A program made the position numbers and the translations under genes. Below are positions 11,401 to 17,026 of a stretch of DNA of 24,855 nucleotides, one piece after another. Source of the DNA: Candidatus Aenigmatarchaeota archaeon. Lineage in GTDB: Archaea > Aenigmatarchaeota > Aenigmatarchaeia > QMZP01 > QMZT01. The notes under the pieces are model-generated. The model was not told the DNA's origin and made no database searches. It saw only the letters and a program-made list of their open reading frames with translations. How positions within the stretch are numbered: position 1 is the first letter of the stretch; each line of letters starts with the position of its first letter. The stretch lies in assembly GCA_041489155.1 (NCBI GenBank), contig JBGPQP010000013.1, positions 1 to 24,855 of the forward strand, in the 5' to 3' direction.

Positions 11401-11580
11401 TAGCCTCGCAGGCCCTATCTCTCTCTCGTATATGATTTCAGCTCCCCTGAGCTCGTAAACGTACTTTGTCACCGTGTGCCTGTGCAGCTTCGTTAAATCA
11501 GAAATAGCGGTGATGGTGAGCCCTTCAGGGTGCTTCTTGAGGGCTTCTATTATCTGTCCGCGAGCTGAACCCACGTCCAT
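1..11580 (-). CDS. Giant surface protein (>=3860 aa, 3' end outside window): N-terminal wHTH, hydrophobic helix, Glu/Lys-rich module, beta-propeller, then ~340-aa Ig-like repeats
   Basis: Manual translation from ATG at 11580 gives MDVGSARGQIIEALKKHPEGLTITAISDLTKLHRHTVTKYVYELRGAEIIYEREIGPARLCYL...GQIQLIAVFMFLVLAPAAIITA... and the same frame is still open at base 1 (...WKAGVVNHTQYYDANSSNYV). The ORF track lists no long ORF in this frame, as expected if there is no stop in the window. N-x-S/T sequons are very dense. Confidence 0.93.
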   Translation of the reverse strand, partial: MDVGSARGQIIEALKKHPEGLTITAISDLTKLHRHTVTKYVYELRGAEIIYEREIGPARLCYLKNGCVGKKERQAIKRLQGHDMKSSLGSIGQIQLIAVFMFLVLAPAAIITAYNLTNTTENSSLSIEGYVIANNEVTSEIGEDFISDFLLNITNETFEQNATNDTLVPAGDLPIFQNETTGNETVDGDETLNETDIAEPANETINITAPLNGTNISLTHVSEIKLYVFALPSAINLQETFKIKANVSSLYGSSENISINVSAPVSFEIENKTLVIPFIEENASFALEWDAKAGACGNYTLKVSAESATSAVAQEFPVHVNCPLENMTIEAETIQGVAEVGEPVEWKKIITVKNPNKMAVENIELQVTLPEKADNVMLRKIKDIKGRLEIETGEQKGSRTVKILQRIREKISTWKEERIESEAAAKYEIDYETPAPQKEETEEYSTEGWRKEIRISSDFDEEHYKDVQVSTEIPESIKTETEINELSGKKSFSFEEEPTFDVQISGGVEVFWKEGSDAIFTEETDVTNDPEHEVKFMDSDYDGLDDSVSWKVPQLSQQTYVVKENEGKITDVYVETQNGERLDIQPEVVEKADGAFSIKLDAKKNFRAGAYKLVIESGESKEEIWFNWGLISINTRKSIYRPGETAEILIVVLDKGGYLVSGADVALYITGPDNEITSISTSEGGIVEIQPGVYVANYTVGGEGQYLLQAKRNDLPDVEINSYFVAKSYYEFDIVRNTPVTIDPGRGPFKSTITVNSYTSANTFIFTEYVPKEFDVSGTDAVVTENGDFKALTWENVPSGSSLTYYFNTPPVWPYLYSMGPSKVSYLEFFSEKEFAEARPWMLAVDPSYSLYNVSSYAVVNGTLKAGSVSNLRTNDNTYMEFLNTYDFDDSSSTSATIIYISTDGSGDTYPKYRRWDGATLSWGSQGEMSTMGTAYDIGMVVSCPLRERQYEKIAAIKGVDNNTYVYVFNGTSWNQNSTIATGVRTLLRVKAFDIAYETLSGRALLFYRSDATDSAIRYRIWNGSMWSQAYTFDFSNSVNGNITWIGAEPDPNSDKIAIMVLDPYNYVHYGAIWNGTNIIDNVTLDDTAAGQDEQDFDAAWEELSGDAMFVWGNGTTAYMSYRIWNGTWSNRLPVYASPMGGDPNWITLRTRPGTDSIMMVVHDDGNDLNTRFWSGSAWDTEHTEHTGTSGGDDSEGTTESFVWYPDGTEEGVLIYSEGASSLSYNIWTGGWAGETTTVTTGIPRVIQFVRNPRNVAGDIKALGWTMNDTSFAGFDIMLDSEGTLFTNTTQLSNNVGTNEGYKMWLDFDKYGEVTNSYSTIEFVGDAESKPWDALNLSVEFQSEINGTIQIQLYDFVNDEWPTSGDGFISQAYNTSGSDVLISRNISTNAQYYKNATNNWKVRIYFHNDSRLYDYTFKLDLINLNATVPDLYATETKVYNNISNINGTMFEVMDPIDVRVNMTNTLGSSINGNLTLRITDSQNSLVYNLTKNITWPASSSYVINFTNISTAGWLPSNYTVNVTAVWASGSSTTMSYNLFEVVYVSRMLIPDYGACLGETIQLNVSIQNNWSSTIEFNISHITPSDFTVSPSSKRMNVSGSSSNITNFSVTVPSTEGLYIIYFNVSYKDPNNYSKAFVTNRTLYIPSPYIKVYREMPVKVGNYTNVYPKFVLHNAECGPAENIYFNETVPNGWSVSYTSGNSSTSVDPVTGITTITWFISHLGVNEFVMLNYTLLSPTTMTSSNFGAWSLLYQGKAGSEYTDAEQSYYGVTSDTFDYAHFDFSLTLNESNYSKVVTPNISQWFIIQGTNRGRATAASGAWNISVKIPQACNVTNNGTGVWYTSGRTINWTLDENVPVGAAKNFTFRLNCTSDAQEYDLSPTTYSEQSGSIEYTDSSTYSDPGDATGRPSSNFTIGIEQAPSGVSNPRITEFTTRVVWGLDGNTLETGEGGQVYLYNDSLTGRIEIWNKYRPTIGGSGTETVYDYDPTDFDTNQYTTQPSKTLKLEVRSDTSAAAEIVKVTQFKYLWEWGGLATEPQQLFFKVRYNTPPKISNASVNPAQSQWGQPINFSLNVYDQRNDSINVTLWSRQANTSIWNIINSTQANNSVTNQSIKFIQHFTCTDADKSYEYKIKIEDPKYFMEETPIGYFNVTRDNVIFEILSGHGPGAIANRTSERTNLTLHLRIRDENGSYFSGLNTTLYISQLGTLGGTILWDSGQVFDTSAGGNITYNFTAADHCDNESTPYTEEEYEVGPHWWYVKVNSDEVCYKQTNSTAEASQYGYYNFTTIGEIINTIVAPTGGTIIQQGRANVSITTYIYNFCEEPMKIDTTHVTFNLSTAGASYLCPNIQRIGENVYTCIWQTLNRTNGMYNFTMKSYENNYYNDTVTETNAFELRTVPMLKDANATYRTESWSKVRNYSVNITDNLDDTVNVTLWLAVGALEESYGSRCCGPNCPSNPINCTNLVLAWNDIELNTIMPCETYADKTIKFYFSAEDGETYTYDTSVAAGDYIGNSDTINMEKANTIVEYIEGNNSITPGTAVPFKLRVRDTDNGSYIYPKPTSEHPLIYFNVTTIQGDMNSFVYVNDTRTDAGGYANVTFTPDDRFSSGNMTWRGYIHASDLCYKYNVSENFKVEISLNWPPLFANMTVNNKTTDSKGWGGGWNFSVEVKDHGIEGGNVNVTLQFDTGTGWKNIETKNCTACLLWTKINFTDVRLNCSDINSSARFRFNVTDNANNDNGTGTYGTFGVLPDSVIFEHVRGNNTIANRSGAQEDLLVLRLYDESNKTYLTSGANATIWVSWNYYAYDDGLNAATNASGYINRSFNPTCDSEGDYEYEARNQIWRAQMNASDSCYYPNISSTYVLDVMGDLNLTIIKPDGSNNYTWGDNIFVQGQVKDDCGNTLDYANVEFNMSVRNYRYNYSNVPNLGGGFYQGDWISTGVAEGWYNVTMWANKTYQPNPVKSYYYPNQTTRVPPYTFYLKTIPILKYANVTPRLDGWGALYNFSVNVTDEAGDNVTVIFERKKYGVDYSQVGLTQNCTSCTNYTFYWNETYMCANLTGNPTFYFQFTGTDDMGNERKTQTALGDYVNNDNSYVLEKNDVQILYFAGNETKVNRTGGNFSLSLIVNDTDRKMYVADSAATVYLNISTNRTNTNSQNLTEAMNTTSGTGHVNFDFSLKGNCNYEVGKQYWYGFVATSDTCYKTAISPSFNITVYGNLNASMRPDNYTKHQEDNVYVYINITDECGNLIPGLNISVLMVKNATYNYTCGDIVDYNNGTYRCNWTTTQETPVYKYGVWIQMNSTGYYNNDTEMHDDVVWLQSYVNNAPTFTSPSYVREGWGAPTNFSVRVDDVDYNNVTVWFWTSNTGAEPWVLRNTTNCTLCANKYVNFSLFHNCSFVGNTYYFKFNGTDMNYSGQYDLSGSSSTQSYTVEKDNVSISLVDGDNNIVNRSGEQYTNETIIIRVYDTDNQTYVGASVDGKFWVKYNDSAGYDSGLQNTTDSSGYFRFNFNPGCGYAVGLHNWTAGTINNSCYDEENMTFLSNLTIIGELIHTFDNATCSGKSYCLSGENVSIYINISDEYECGTPVVDANMNISVSHDSYLANCTTVEALGNGRYNCTLNMTSLPGGQYNITVSSTRTYFNPNSTKFVDSFFRQVSPLLNNEIVSPSSTYWARPSDGPNFVFSVNVTDDDDTLTLELWEYNSTTGPWQLANSTMLSDRVGYNATLTRKYLSSDIGIWYWKFNVTDQRGMTYETANHSLEVTKRGLNISLVGGNESNVTRTGTNTTELSVSVKDAVDGLNVVPPTYKKFWVTTDGVSWGPAQDTTSSGSGYMNRTFEPDCATYYTGKQWWKAGVVNHTQYYDANSSNYV

Positions 11581-11720
11581 AGAACCTGTACCAACCCTAT
11601 AGGATTACCTTGTACATTAGTGTACAACGCTAATATCATACATAAGTGTCGAAGTATATATAGCATTGGTTAATAGGGTAATAGACAAAGGTTTAAATTG
11701 TCGATCGACAATACAATAGA
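11581..11720. promoter_or_regulatory. Divergent promoter region with two TATA-like boxes and two operator-like inverted repeats
   Basis: TTGTACA-ttag-TGTACAA at 11610-11627; TATATATA at 11655-11662 (likely minus-strand TATA); purine run plus TTTAAA at 11692-11697 (plus-strand BRE/TATA); perfect 16-bp palindrome ATTGTCGATCGACAAT at 11697-11712. Confidence 0.75.
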
Positions 11721-12188
11721 ATGATTGATTTTCTGAGGGCCAGGAGGGTGGGGAAGGGCAAGAAGGATTACCTTAGTGAGCTGTCAAAAATCGCTAAAGG
11801 GGAACGCGAAAAGATTCTTAGGGAAAAAATAAGGGAAATCGTTTTTGAGGAACTTCAGGGCTGCGGGATAAACAAACGAATTGACGACATTCATGCTTCC
11901 AATAAAAACCTTGAAAAAAATCTTGAAAATCTGAAAAGTTCCCTGGTGCCTTTGAGTCGGTCGAAAACCGACAGTATAAGGAAAATCAAGATAAAGAGGA
12001 TGATAATCGAGCTGCTTAGAAAAGAAAAACGCATGACTGCGTCGGATGTCAGCGTTAAGCTGGACCTTTCCAGGACGAGGTGCAGCGAGTACCTCACGGA
12101 ACTCGAGAAATCGGGTGCAGCACGCGGTTTGGTCGTGTCAAGGCAGAAGTTCTACGAGCTCACCGAACAAGCGAATGATAATCAGTGA
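11721..12188 (+). CDS. Putative transcription regulator: N-terminal coiled coil plus C-terminal winged HTH
   Basis: The C-terminus IIELLRKEKRMTASDVSVKLDLSRTRCSEYLTELEKSGAARGLVVSRQKFYEL fits a wHTH pattern. The heptad-like stretch NKNLEKNLENLKSSL precedes it. Its stop overlaps that of the convergent gene. Confidence 0.88.
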   Translation: MIDFLRARRVGKGKKDYLSELSKIAKGEREKILREKIREIVFEELQGCGINKRIDDIHASNKNLEKNLENLKSSLVPLSRSKTDSIRKIKIKRMIIELLRKEKRMTASDVSVKLDLSRTRCSEYLTELEKSGAARGLVVSRQKFYELTEQANDNQ

Positions 12189-15100
12189 TTTTTAAGCCTC
12201 TCGTTGAGAACGGACACGTTTCTGTTTATGTCAGAAAGCCTGTTGTTGCGATTCCTGATCAGCAGTTCGTAATCGATTCTGCTCATGGAACCTTTCTTGA
12301 AATAATTGGTCTGGATGTCGGTTATGGACTTCTTTATTTTTTCCCTTTCGGCTTCCAAGCTTTTAATTTCAGACCTGCATTTTTTCACATGCGCCCTTTC
12401 CCTCAGCCTGAAACCGATTACCACAGATGCCAAGGCAACAACCAGCAATACCCAAAGGTAATCCATGATGGTTTCCGAAATCCAGCTTCTTTGCTGTACC
12501 CTTTTCAGGGATTCCTCGGCCTCGATTTTATCCAGCCTGTTCATGGCTTCTAACATCATGGCTTCAGCGTCGACGTAGTTGTCAAGCGTGAATTCGGAAA
12601 CCCCGCTGTCGAAAATCTCTGAGGCAGATGAGGTATCGTAACCTAGGGATGAAAGCTCATAAATCTTCGTTTCAACGCTGTTTATCAGTTCGTTGGTTTT
12701 TATTGCCTTTTCCTTTATATCAAGAACCTTACTGGCGAGAGATTCCGCGCCTTCGTAATACCCTTCGCCGTAAAGTTTTTTGGCTTCGGAAAGCGTGTCG
12801 TTAGCGTAGGTTACGCCGAAGCCCATGGCTTGCATTTCTGCTATTGTTTTTTCTGCAATTTCTATTGCTTTCGCGGCTTTGTCGTTTTCCGCGGCATTGG
12901 CCATTCCCGCAACCAGGAATAAAACAAGCATCGCAGCAGCAGCCTTGGGCAGCGAGGTCCCTTTTTTTGTTTTGCTGTTTTCTGTTCTGAGATCTTCAGT
13001 CATGCTTTGTATCTGGAACAATTCGTTTTTTGCATTTTCCATAAGTCTGCTGTAATGATCTCTTCCAAGTTTTCCGTGAAGGAAGTAGCTGCTCTGGGCA
13101 TCGGATATGGAATTTCTGATTCTTTTTTCCTCGTTAGTCAGCAAAATGACGGCTTTTTCATGGTTGACCATATCCTTCAGTTTGAATAGGGTATCGATTC
13201 TTGCTTTACTTGTTTTCGCAAAACTGTTTTCGTATCTTTCCATCATCTGCCTGTATTTATCCGCGCCGATTTTGCCTTTTGCATATTCGTTCTGAAGCTC
13301 CAGAATCAGTTTCTTTATCATGTTATCCTCTACGCTAAGCAAATCAAGTTTCCGGTTTAGGGCGGAAACGGACATTCTTTTTTTGGCCTTTCTGGCTCCG
13401 AACACAAAAACCAAGACAAGCAGGATAATCAGCCACCAATAGTTGTAAACGATTATCAGATAGCCTGCGGTTCCTGATTCGAAGGTGTACAGGAGCGTGG
13501 CGCTCTCAGCCCTCTCGTTAGCTCTCTGATACTCGCCTCGCTGGAACGCGGACTTGGAAAGGAAAAGCATTTTCTCTGTTTCCGGCAGATTCACGCTTTG
13601 GTTTTTCATGATGCCGATGTTTTTTTCAAGGTCGTTTATTTTGTTGTCGAGTTCGAAGGCAAGATTTTTGGCTTCTACCACGCTTTCAGAGAGTTCCTTG
13701 ACCTTGTCGTAATTGCCTTCGTCAAGCGACTTTTCTATTTCGTCGATAATTTCTTCCAGTTTGCTTTTTTCTAAACCCGACTTCTCCATTTCGAGTATGG
13801 ATTCCTTTGCAGCTTCATAATACTGGAGGGTTTTGTTCTCTATGAACCTGTGGGTTATGAGCGAGAGTGTTGATATTTTCACGGCACTGGTGTTTTTTGA
13901 AGCCTCGACAAACTGCCCTCTGACCGTAACGTTCAAATCGTATCTGTTGTTAACCGCATAACTGGGGGCCCGTATTTCGATTTCGAAGTATTTTGTTTCA
14001 CCGTATTTTATTGAGCTGATATATGGCTGCGCAATCTTCATGAATGTCTGCGGGTAACCGGAAAGTGACAGGTAGACGTTTTTCAGTTCCGTTCCAATTA
14101 CCTTATTTTCGACTCCTATATTCAGCGTCTTGTTTTCCCCGCGGTTTATGTCAAGCCTGCCCGGGAAGGTCAGAATTATCTCGTAATTCTTTTTTTCGGC
14201 GGGTAGCGCGAGGTCAATGCTTCCTCCGGTGTTACCTCCAGTGTTACCTCCCGAAGGGATGGAGCAGTCGTTGTCCGTGACGTAGGAACACCCTACACCA
14301 CAGACGTCGTCCAGATTGTTGCAAATGACCGATACATTCAAAGATGCGTTAGCGGGAGAGTTATTCGAGCTGTTGGTATTAACGTATAAGGAAGATACCA
14401 CAGCATTCGCGTTTGAGCTTATGTAAACGGTTATATTGTTCCAGCTAACGGAGCCATTGCTCAGGTTGCCCGCAAAATAATCCAGATTCCCCGACGTGTT
14501 TGACCAGCCGGAAGGCAGTGTCCAGTTTATCCATACATTTGCGGCGGTCTCGTTGCCTATGTTTCTCACCTTTGCGCTGTAATTTACCCCTCCGCTGCTT
14601 TGCTGAACAATATTTTCATAATTCTCAATGCTGACAATCAGGTATGGACCGTTCCATGAGGAAATGATGGTTGCATTCAGTGTTACGCTGTATGGGTCGG
14701 CATTTGTAGTGGTGGCATTCACGGTTATCCGTAGCGGATATATTCCCGGCTCAGAAGGAGAGGTTACATTGATGTTTATATGCTCTTTCCCCTTTGCTGG
14801 AATATCGAAACTGTTTGGATCCGATATGTTGAAATACGTGTTAGCAAAATTCGATGATATTCTGAAGTTTAACGGATAATCCCCGGTGTTGTTGATGACA
14901 ATTACACTCAAACTTCCGTTTGTACTAAACATTATATTCTTTTCTTCAAGACTTCCTGGGGAAACATTCCACGAGTGGTCATAATCTACTGATATATTGT
15001 ATTGCTGGCTGGTTGCGTTATGCCCCAATACGTCGCTTGACCATATTCTGTAGTCCCATGTGTCTGGAGGGAGTGGCACAGAAAAGGAGGCATTCCATTC

Positions 15101-16336
15101 ATCCGAGCTCATGTTGCTCATATTGACATTATCCCACGTTGAAACGCCTGATCGCTTGAATTGAAATATGGCAGAGCCAACACCACTTACGTCGGTTACG
15201 TTCGCAATTACGCTGATGCTCATATTGGGGTCTATGTCATCCTCGCTTGAAGGCGAAAGCATGATGTTGTTCAGCACAGGCGAGCTGGCTGCGTCGACGT
15301 AAAACGTATAGTTGGAAGACCAAGAACTGTTTGATTCGTTATCATGCGCCAAGCATGCCCATTTATAGGCGCCGTCGGGTATGCCGCTTATGGTCCAATT
15401 GACAGATTCGTTATAATGGTCAGCAGCACCTCTGTCATAGGACGCGGTTATTTCCTGTTCGCCCAGTACCCTGTTGGTTATCCTAAGCTCATCTAACACG
15501 ACGCTTTTCTGGTTACCGCCGGTGTTGTTGCTGCCTAAGTAAAGATTTGTGCCGAAAACCGACCCATAGCTGCTGTACTCGTTGCCACCAGGAGTCATAG
15601 AGCTGTTGGAACCGTCCACAAACATGTCCACTCTCCTTCCTCCGCCGAAATCGCCGTAAAGGTCCCATAAGACAGCGACGTGATGCCATTCGCCTTCGTG
15701 CCAGCCCAACGGATTGTCTGTATAAATCTCGGCCACGCCGTAGTTGTCATCGTCATAAAAAGTGAAATACAGCACGTCGGATGGACCTGGCTCTATAAAA
15801 ATTTCCATCCTATTACCTCCGGCATCTCCGTAGCCGTCAGTTGAAAGCAAATATACATTTTCTCCCCAGTCAGACGTGTTGTAATTCGGGCTTATCCAGA
15901 ATTCCAGGGTTCCCCTGCTGTAGTTTATGTTACCCGAAGTCGGGTATGTCAGGATATCAGAGCCGTTTATCAGCACGCCTTTCATAAACCTGCTCTGGAC
16001 AATATCAGTCGATGTGTTGGTGCCCGTTTCGCCATCCTCACACGTATAGTTGTTGAATCTGCACATGAGCATTGTGTCGGAGCTTTTATCAAGTTCCATG
16101 ATATTTTTCGTGTTGTAGATAGCGAAAGACCCGTTTATATCATTGAACAAGGAAACATTGTAAACTTTTTCATCGTCGCTCACGTTGCATACAAATGTGA
16201 TGTTATTTGTTGATGAAACGTTGCCGTCAGATGGGGAAACAAGCGTTACGGTGGGAGGGGCGGCGAAAACTAATACCTGAAATAAAAATATTAGAATAAT
16301 GGCTGGCAGTAAGATCAATAATGCCTTTTTAGCCAT
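12182..16336 (-). CDS. 1384-aa membrane-anchored surface protein: signal peptide, Ig-like domains, LamG/concanavalin-A-like domain, duplicated helical-TM-coiled-coil C-terminus
   Basis: Start reassigned to MAKKALLILLPAIILIFLFQVLVFA (ATG at 16336, Sec signal peptide). LamG motifs GTLEFWI, WHHVAVLWD, MFVDG and LDELRITNRVL are present. Three further hydrophobic segments lie near the C-terminus. Confidence 0.9.
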   Translation of the reverse strand: MAKKALLILLPAIILIFLFQVLVFAAPPTVTLVSPSDGNVSSTNNITFVCNVSDDEKVYNVSLFNDINGSFAIYNTKNIMELDKSSDTMLMCRFNNYTCEDGETGTNTSTDIVQSRFMKGVLINGSDILTYPTSGNINYSRGTLEFWISPNYNTSDWGENVYLLSTDGYGDAGGNRMEIFIEPGPSDVLYFTFYDDDNYGVAEIYTDNPLGWHEGEWHHVAVLWDLYGDFGGGRRVDMFVDGSNSSMTPGGNEYSSYGSVFGTNLYLGSNNTGGNQKSVVLDELRITNRVLGEQEITASYDRGAADHYNESVNWTISGIPDGAYKWACLAHDNESNSSWSSNYTFYVDAASSPVLNNIMLSPSSEDDIDPNMSISVIANVTDVSGVGSAIFQFKRSGVSTWDNVNMSNMSSDEWNASFSVPLPPDTWDYRIWSSDVLGHNATSQQYNISVDYDHSWNVSPGSLEEKNIMFSTNGSLSVIVINNTGDYPLNFRISSNFANTYFNISDPNSFDIPAKGKEHININVTSPSEPGIYPLRITVNATTTNADPYSVTLNATIISSWNGPYLIVSIENYENIVQQSSGGVNYSAKVRNIGNETAANVWINWTLPSGWSNTSGNLDYFAGNLSNGSVSWNNITVYISSNANAVVSSLYVNTNSSNNSPANASLNVSVICNNLDDVCGVGCSYVTDNDCSIPSGGNTGGNTGGSIDLALPAEKKNYEIILTFPGRLDINRGENKTLNIGVENKVIGTELKNVYLSLSGYPQTFMKIAQPYISSIKYGETKYFEIEIRAPSYAVNNRYDLNVTVRGQFVEASKNTSAVKISTLSLITHRFIENKTLQYYEAAKESILEMEKSGLEKSKLEEIIDEIEKSLDEGNYDKVKELSESVVEAKNLAFELDNKINDLEKNIGIMKNQSVNLPETEKMLFLSKSAFQRGEYQRANERAESATLLYTFESGTAGYLIIVYNYWWLIILLVLVFVFGARKAKKRMSVSALNRKLDLLSVEDNMIKKLILELQNEYAKGKIGADKYRQMMERYENSFAKTSKARIDTLFKLKDMVNHEKAVILLTNEEKRIRNSISDAQSSYFLHGKLGRDHYSRLMENAKNELFQIQSMTEDLRTENSKTKKGTSLPKAAAAMLVLFLVAGMANAAENDKAAKAIEIAEKTIAEMQAMGFGVTYANDTLSEAKKLYGEGYYEGAESLASKVLDIKEKAIKTNELINSVETKIYELSSLGYDTSSASEIFDSGVSEFTLDNYVDAEAMMLEAMNRLDKIEAEESLKRVQQRSWISETIMDYLWVLLVVALASVVIGFRLRERAHVKKCRSEIKSLEAEREKIKKSITDIQTNYFKKGSMSRIDYELLIRNRNNRLSDINRNVSVLNERLKNH

Positions 16337-16375
16337 ATTTATTAAATAAAATTCATGGATTATAAAGAAAAAATT

Positions 16376-16816
16376 ATGTTTAAACAGGGGAGAAAAATTG
16401 TTGTTGCGGCCATGCTGATTTTTTTGTCCCTTGTTGTTTTTTTGATACTGATTCCTAAAACAAATGACATAAACAAAATAGAAATTAGCGAGCCAGAAAT
16501 CAGCATTGCGATGGACAAGGAAATCTACTATTCCTCGGAGGAGATGAATATCAATGCGAGCATTTTGCTCCCGGAGGAAGGTTATGTGGTCCTGAAAATT
16601 TACGGCATTCCTGACAGCAGGGGAAACTACAGAATAAACGAAGAAAGAAACATAAGCGCTGGGCCAGAAAGAACCGATGAGGCTTTCGTTTTCAGCATGC
16701 CGAGCTGTTACGGCTGCGCGGGCGTTTCTCCGGGAAATTATGAAATCGTAATGGAGCTTGTCAGCAACGGAAAAATAATAGGAAACTGCTCGAAAACGGT
16801 TAAACTTGAAAAATAA
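16376..16816 (+). CDS. Small membrane-anchored Ig-like protein with CxxC (start 16376 preferred over 16355)
   Basis: N-terminal TM helix (IVVAAMLIFLSLVVFLILI), an Ig/MG2-like start ISIAMDKEIYYSSEEMNI, and MPSCYGCAGVSPGNYEI. The ATG at 16376 leaves room for promoters. Confidence 0.8.
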   Translation: MFKQGRKIVVAAMLIFLSLVVFLILIPKTNDINKIEISEPEISIAMDKEIYYSSEEMNINASILLPEEGYVVLKIYGIPDSRGNYRINEERNISAGPERTDEAFVFSMPSCYGCAGVSPGNYEIVMELVSNGKIIGNCSKTVKLEK

Positions 16817-16883
16817 GCTATTTTTATTCCAGTATAAAGAATTAATATGCCGACGCATACGCAGTATGCGTTATTACAAGATT

Positions 16884-16957
16884 GGGCCCGTAGCTCAGCT
16901 GGATAGAGCGCTAGCTTGCGGAGCTGGAGGCCGCGCGTTCGAATCGCGCCGGGCTCG
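16884..16957 (+). tRNA. tRNA-Arg(GCG)
   Basis: Acceptor stem GGGCCCG/CGGGCTC; D arm GCTC/GAGC; anticodon stem CTAGC/GCTGG with loop TTGCGGA (GCG at 16918-16920); T loop TTCGAAT; discriminator G; CCA not encoded. Confidence 0.96.
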
Positions 16958-16991
16958 TTTGCATTTTTCTGGAATCAAAGGACTCAAAGAA

Positions 16992-16999
16992 TTTATAAA
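16992..16999 (+). promoter_or_regulatory. TATA box of tRNA-Trp
   Basis: TTTATAAA preceded by purine-rich AAAGAA (BRE-like), about 30 nt upstream of the tRNA 5' end. Confidence 0.65.
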
Positions 17000-17026
17000 C
17001 CATTCCCTTATCAATTAATTACGCAT

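Noticed and set aside
11891..14879. Short ORFs antisense to the wHTH gene and the 1384-aa gene
   Set aside because: Shadow ORFs of better-supported genes.
16337..16858. 174-aa N-terminal extension in the track's 1558-aa ORF
   Set aside because: It is the antisense shadow of the real plus-strand gene ending at 16816; a clean signal peptide starts at ATG 16336.
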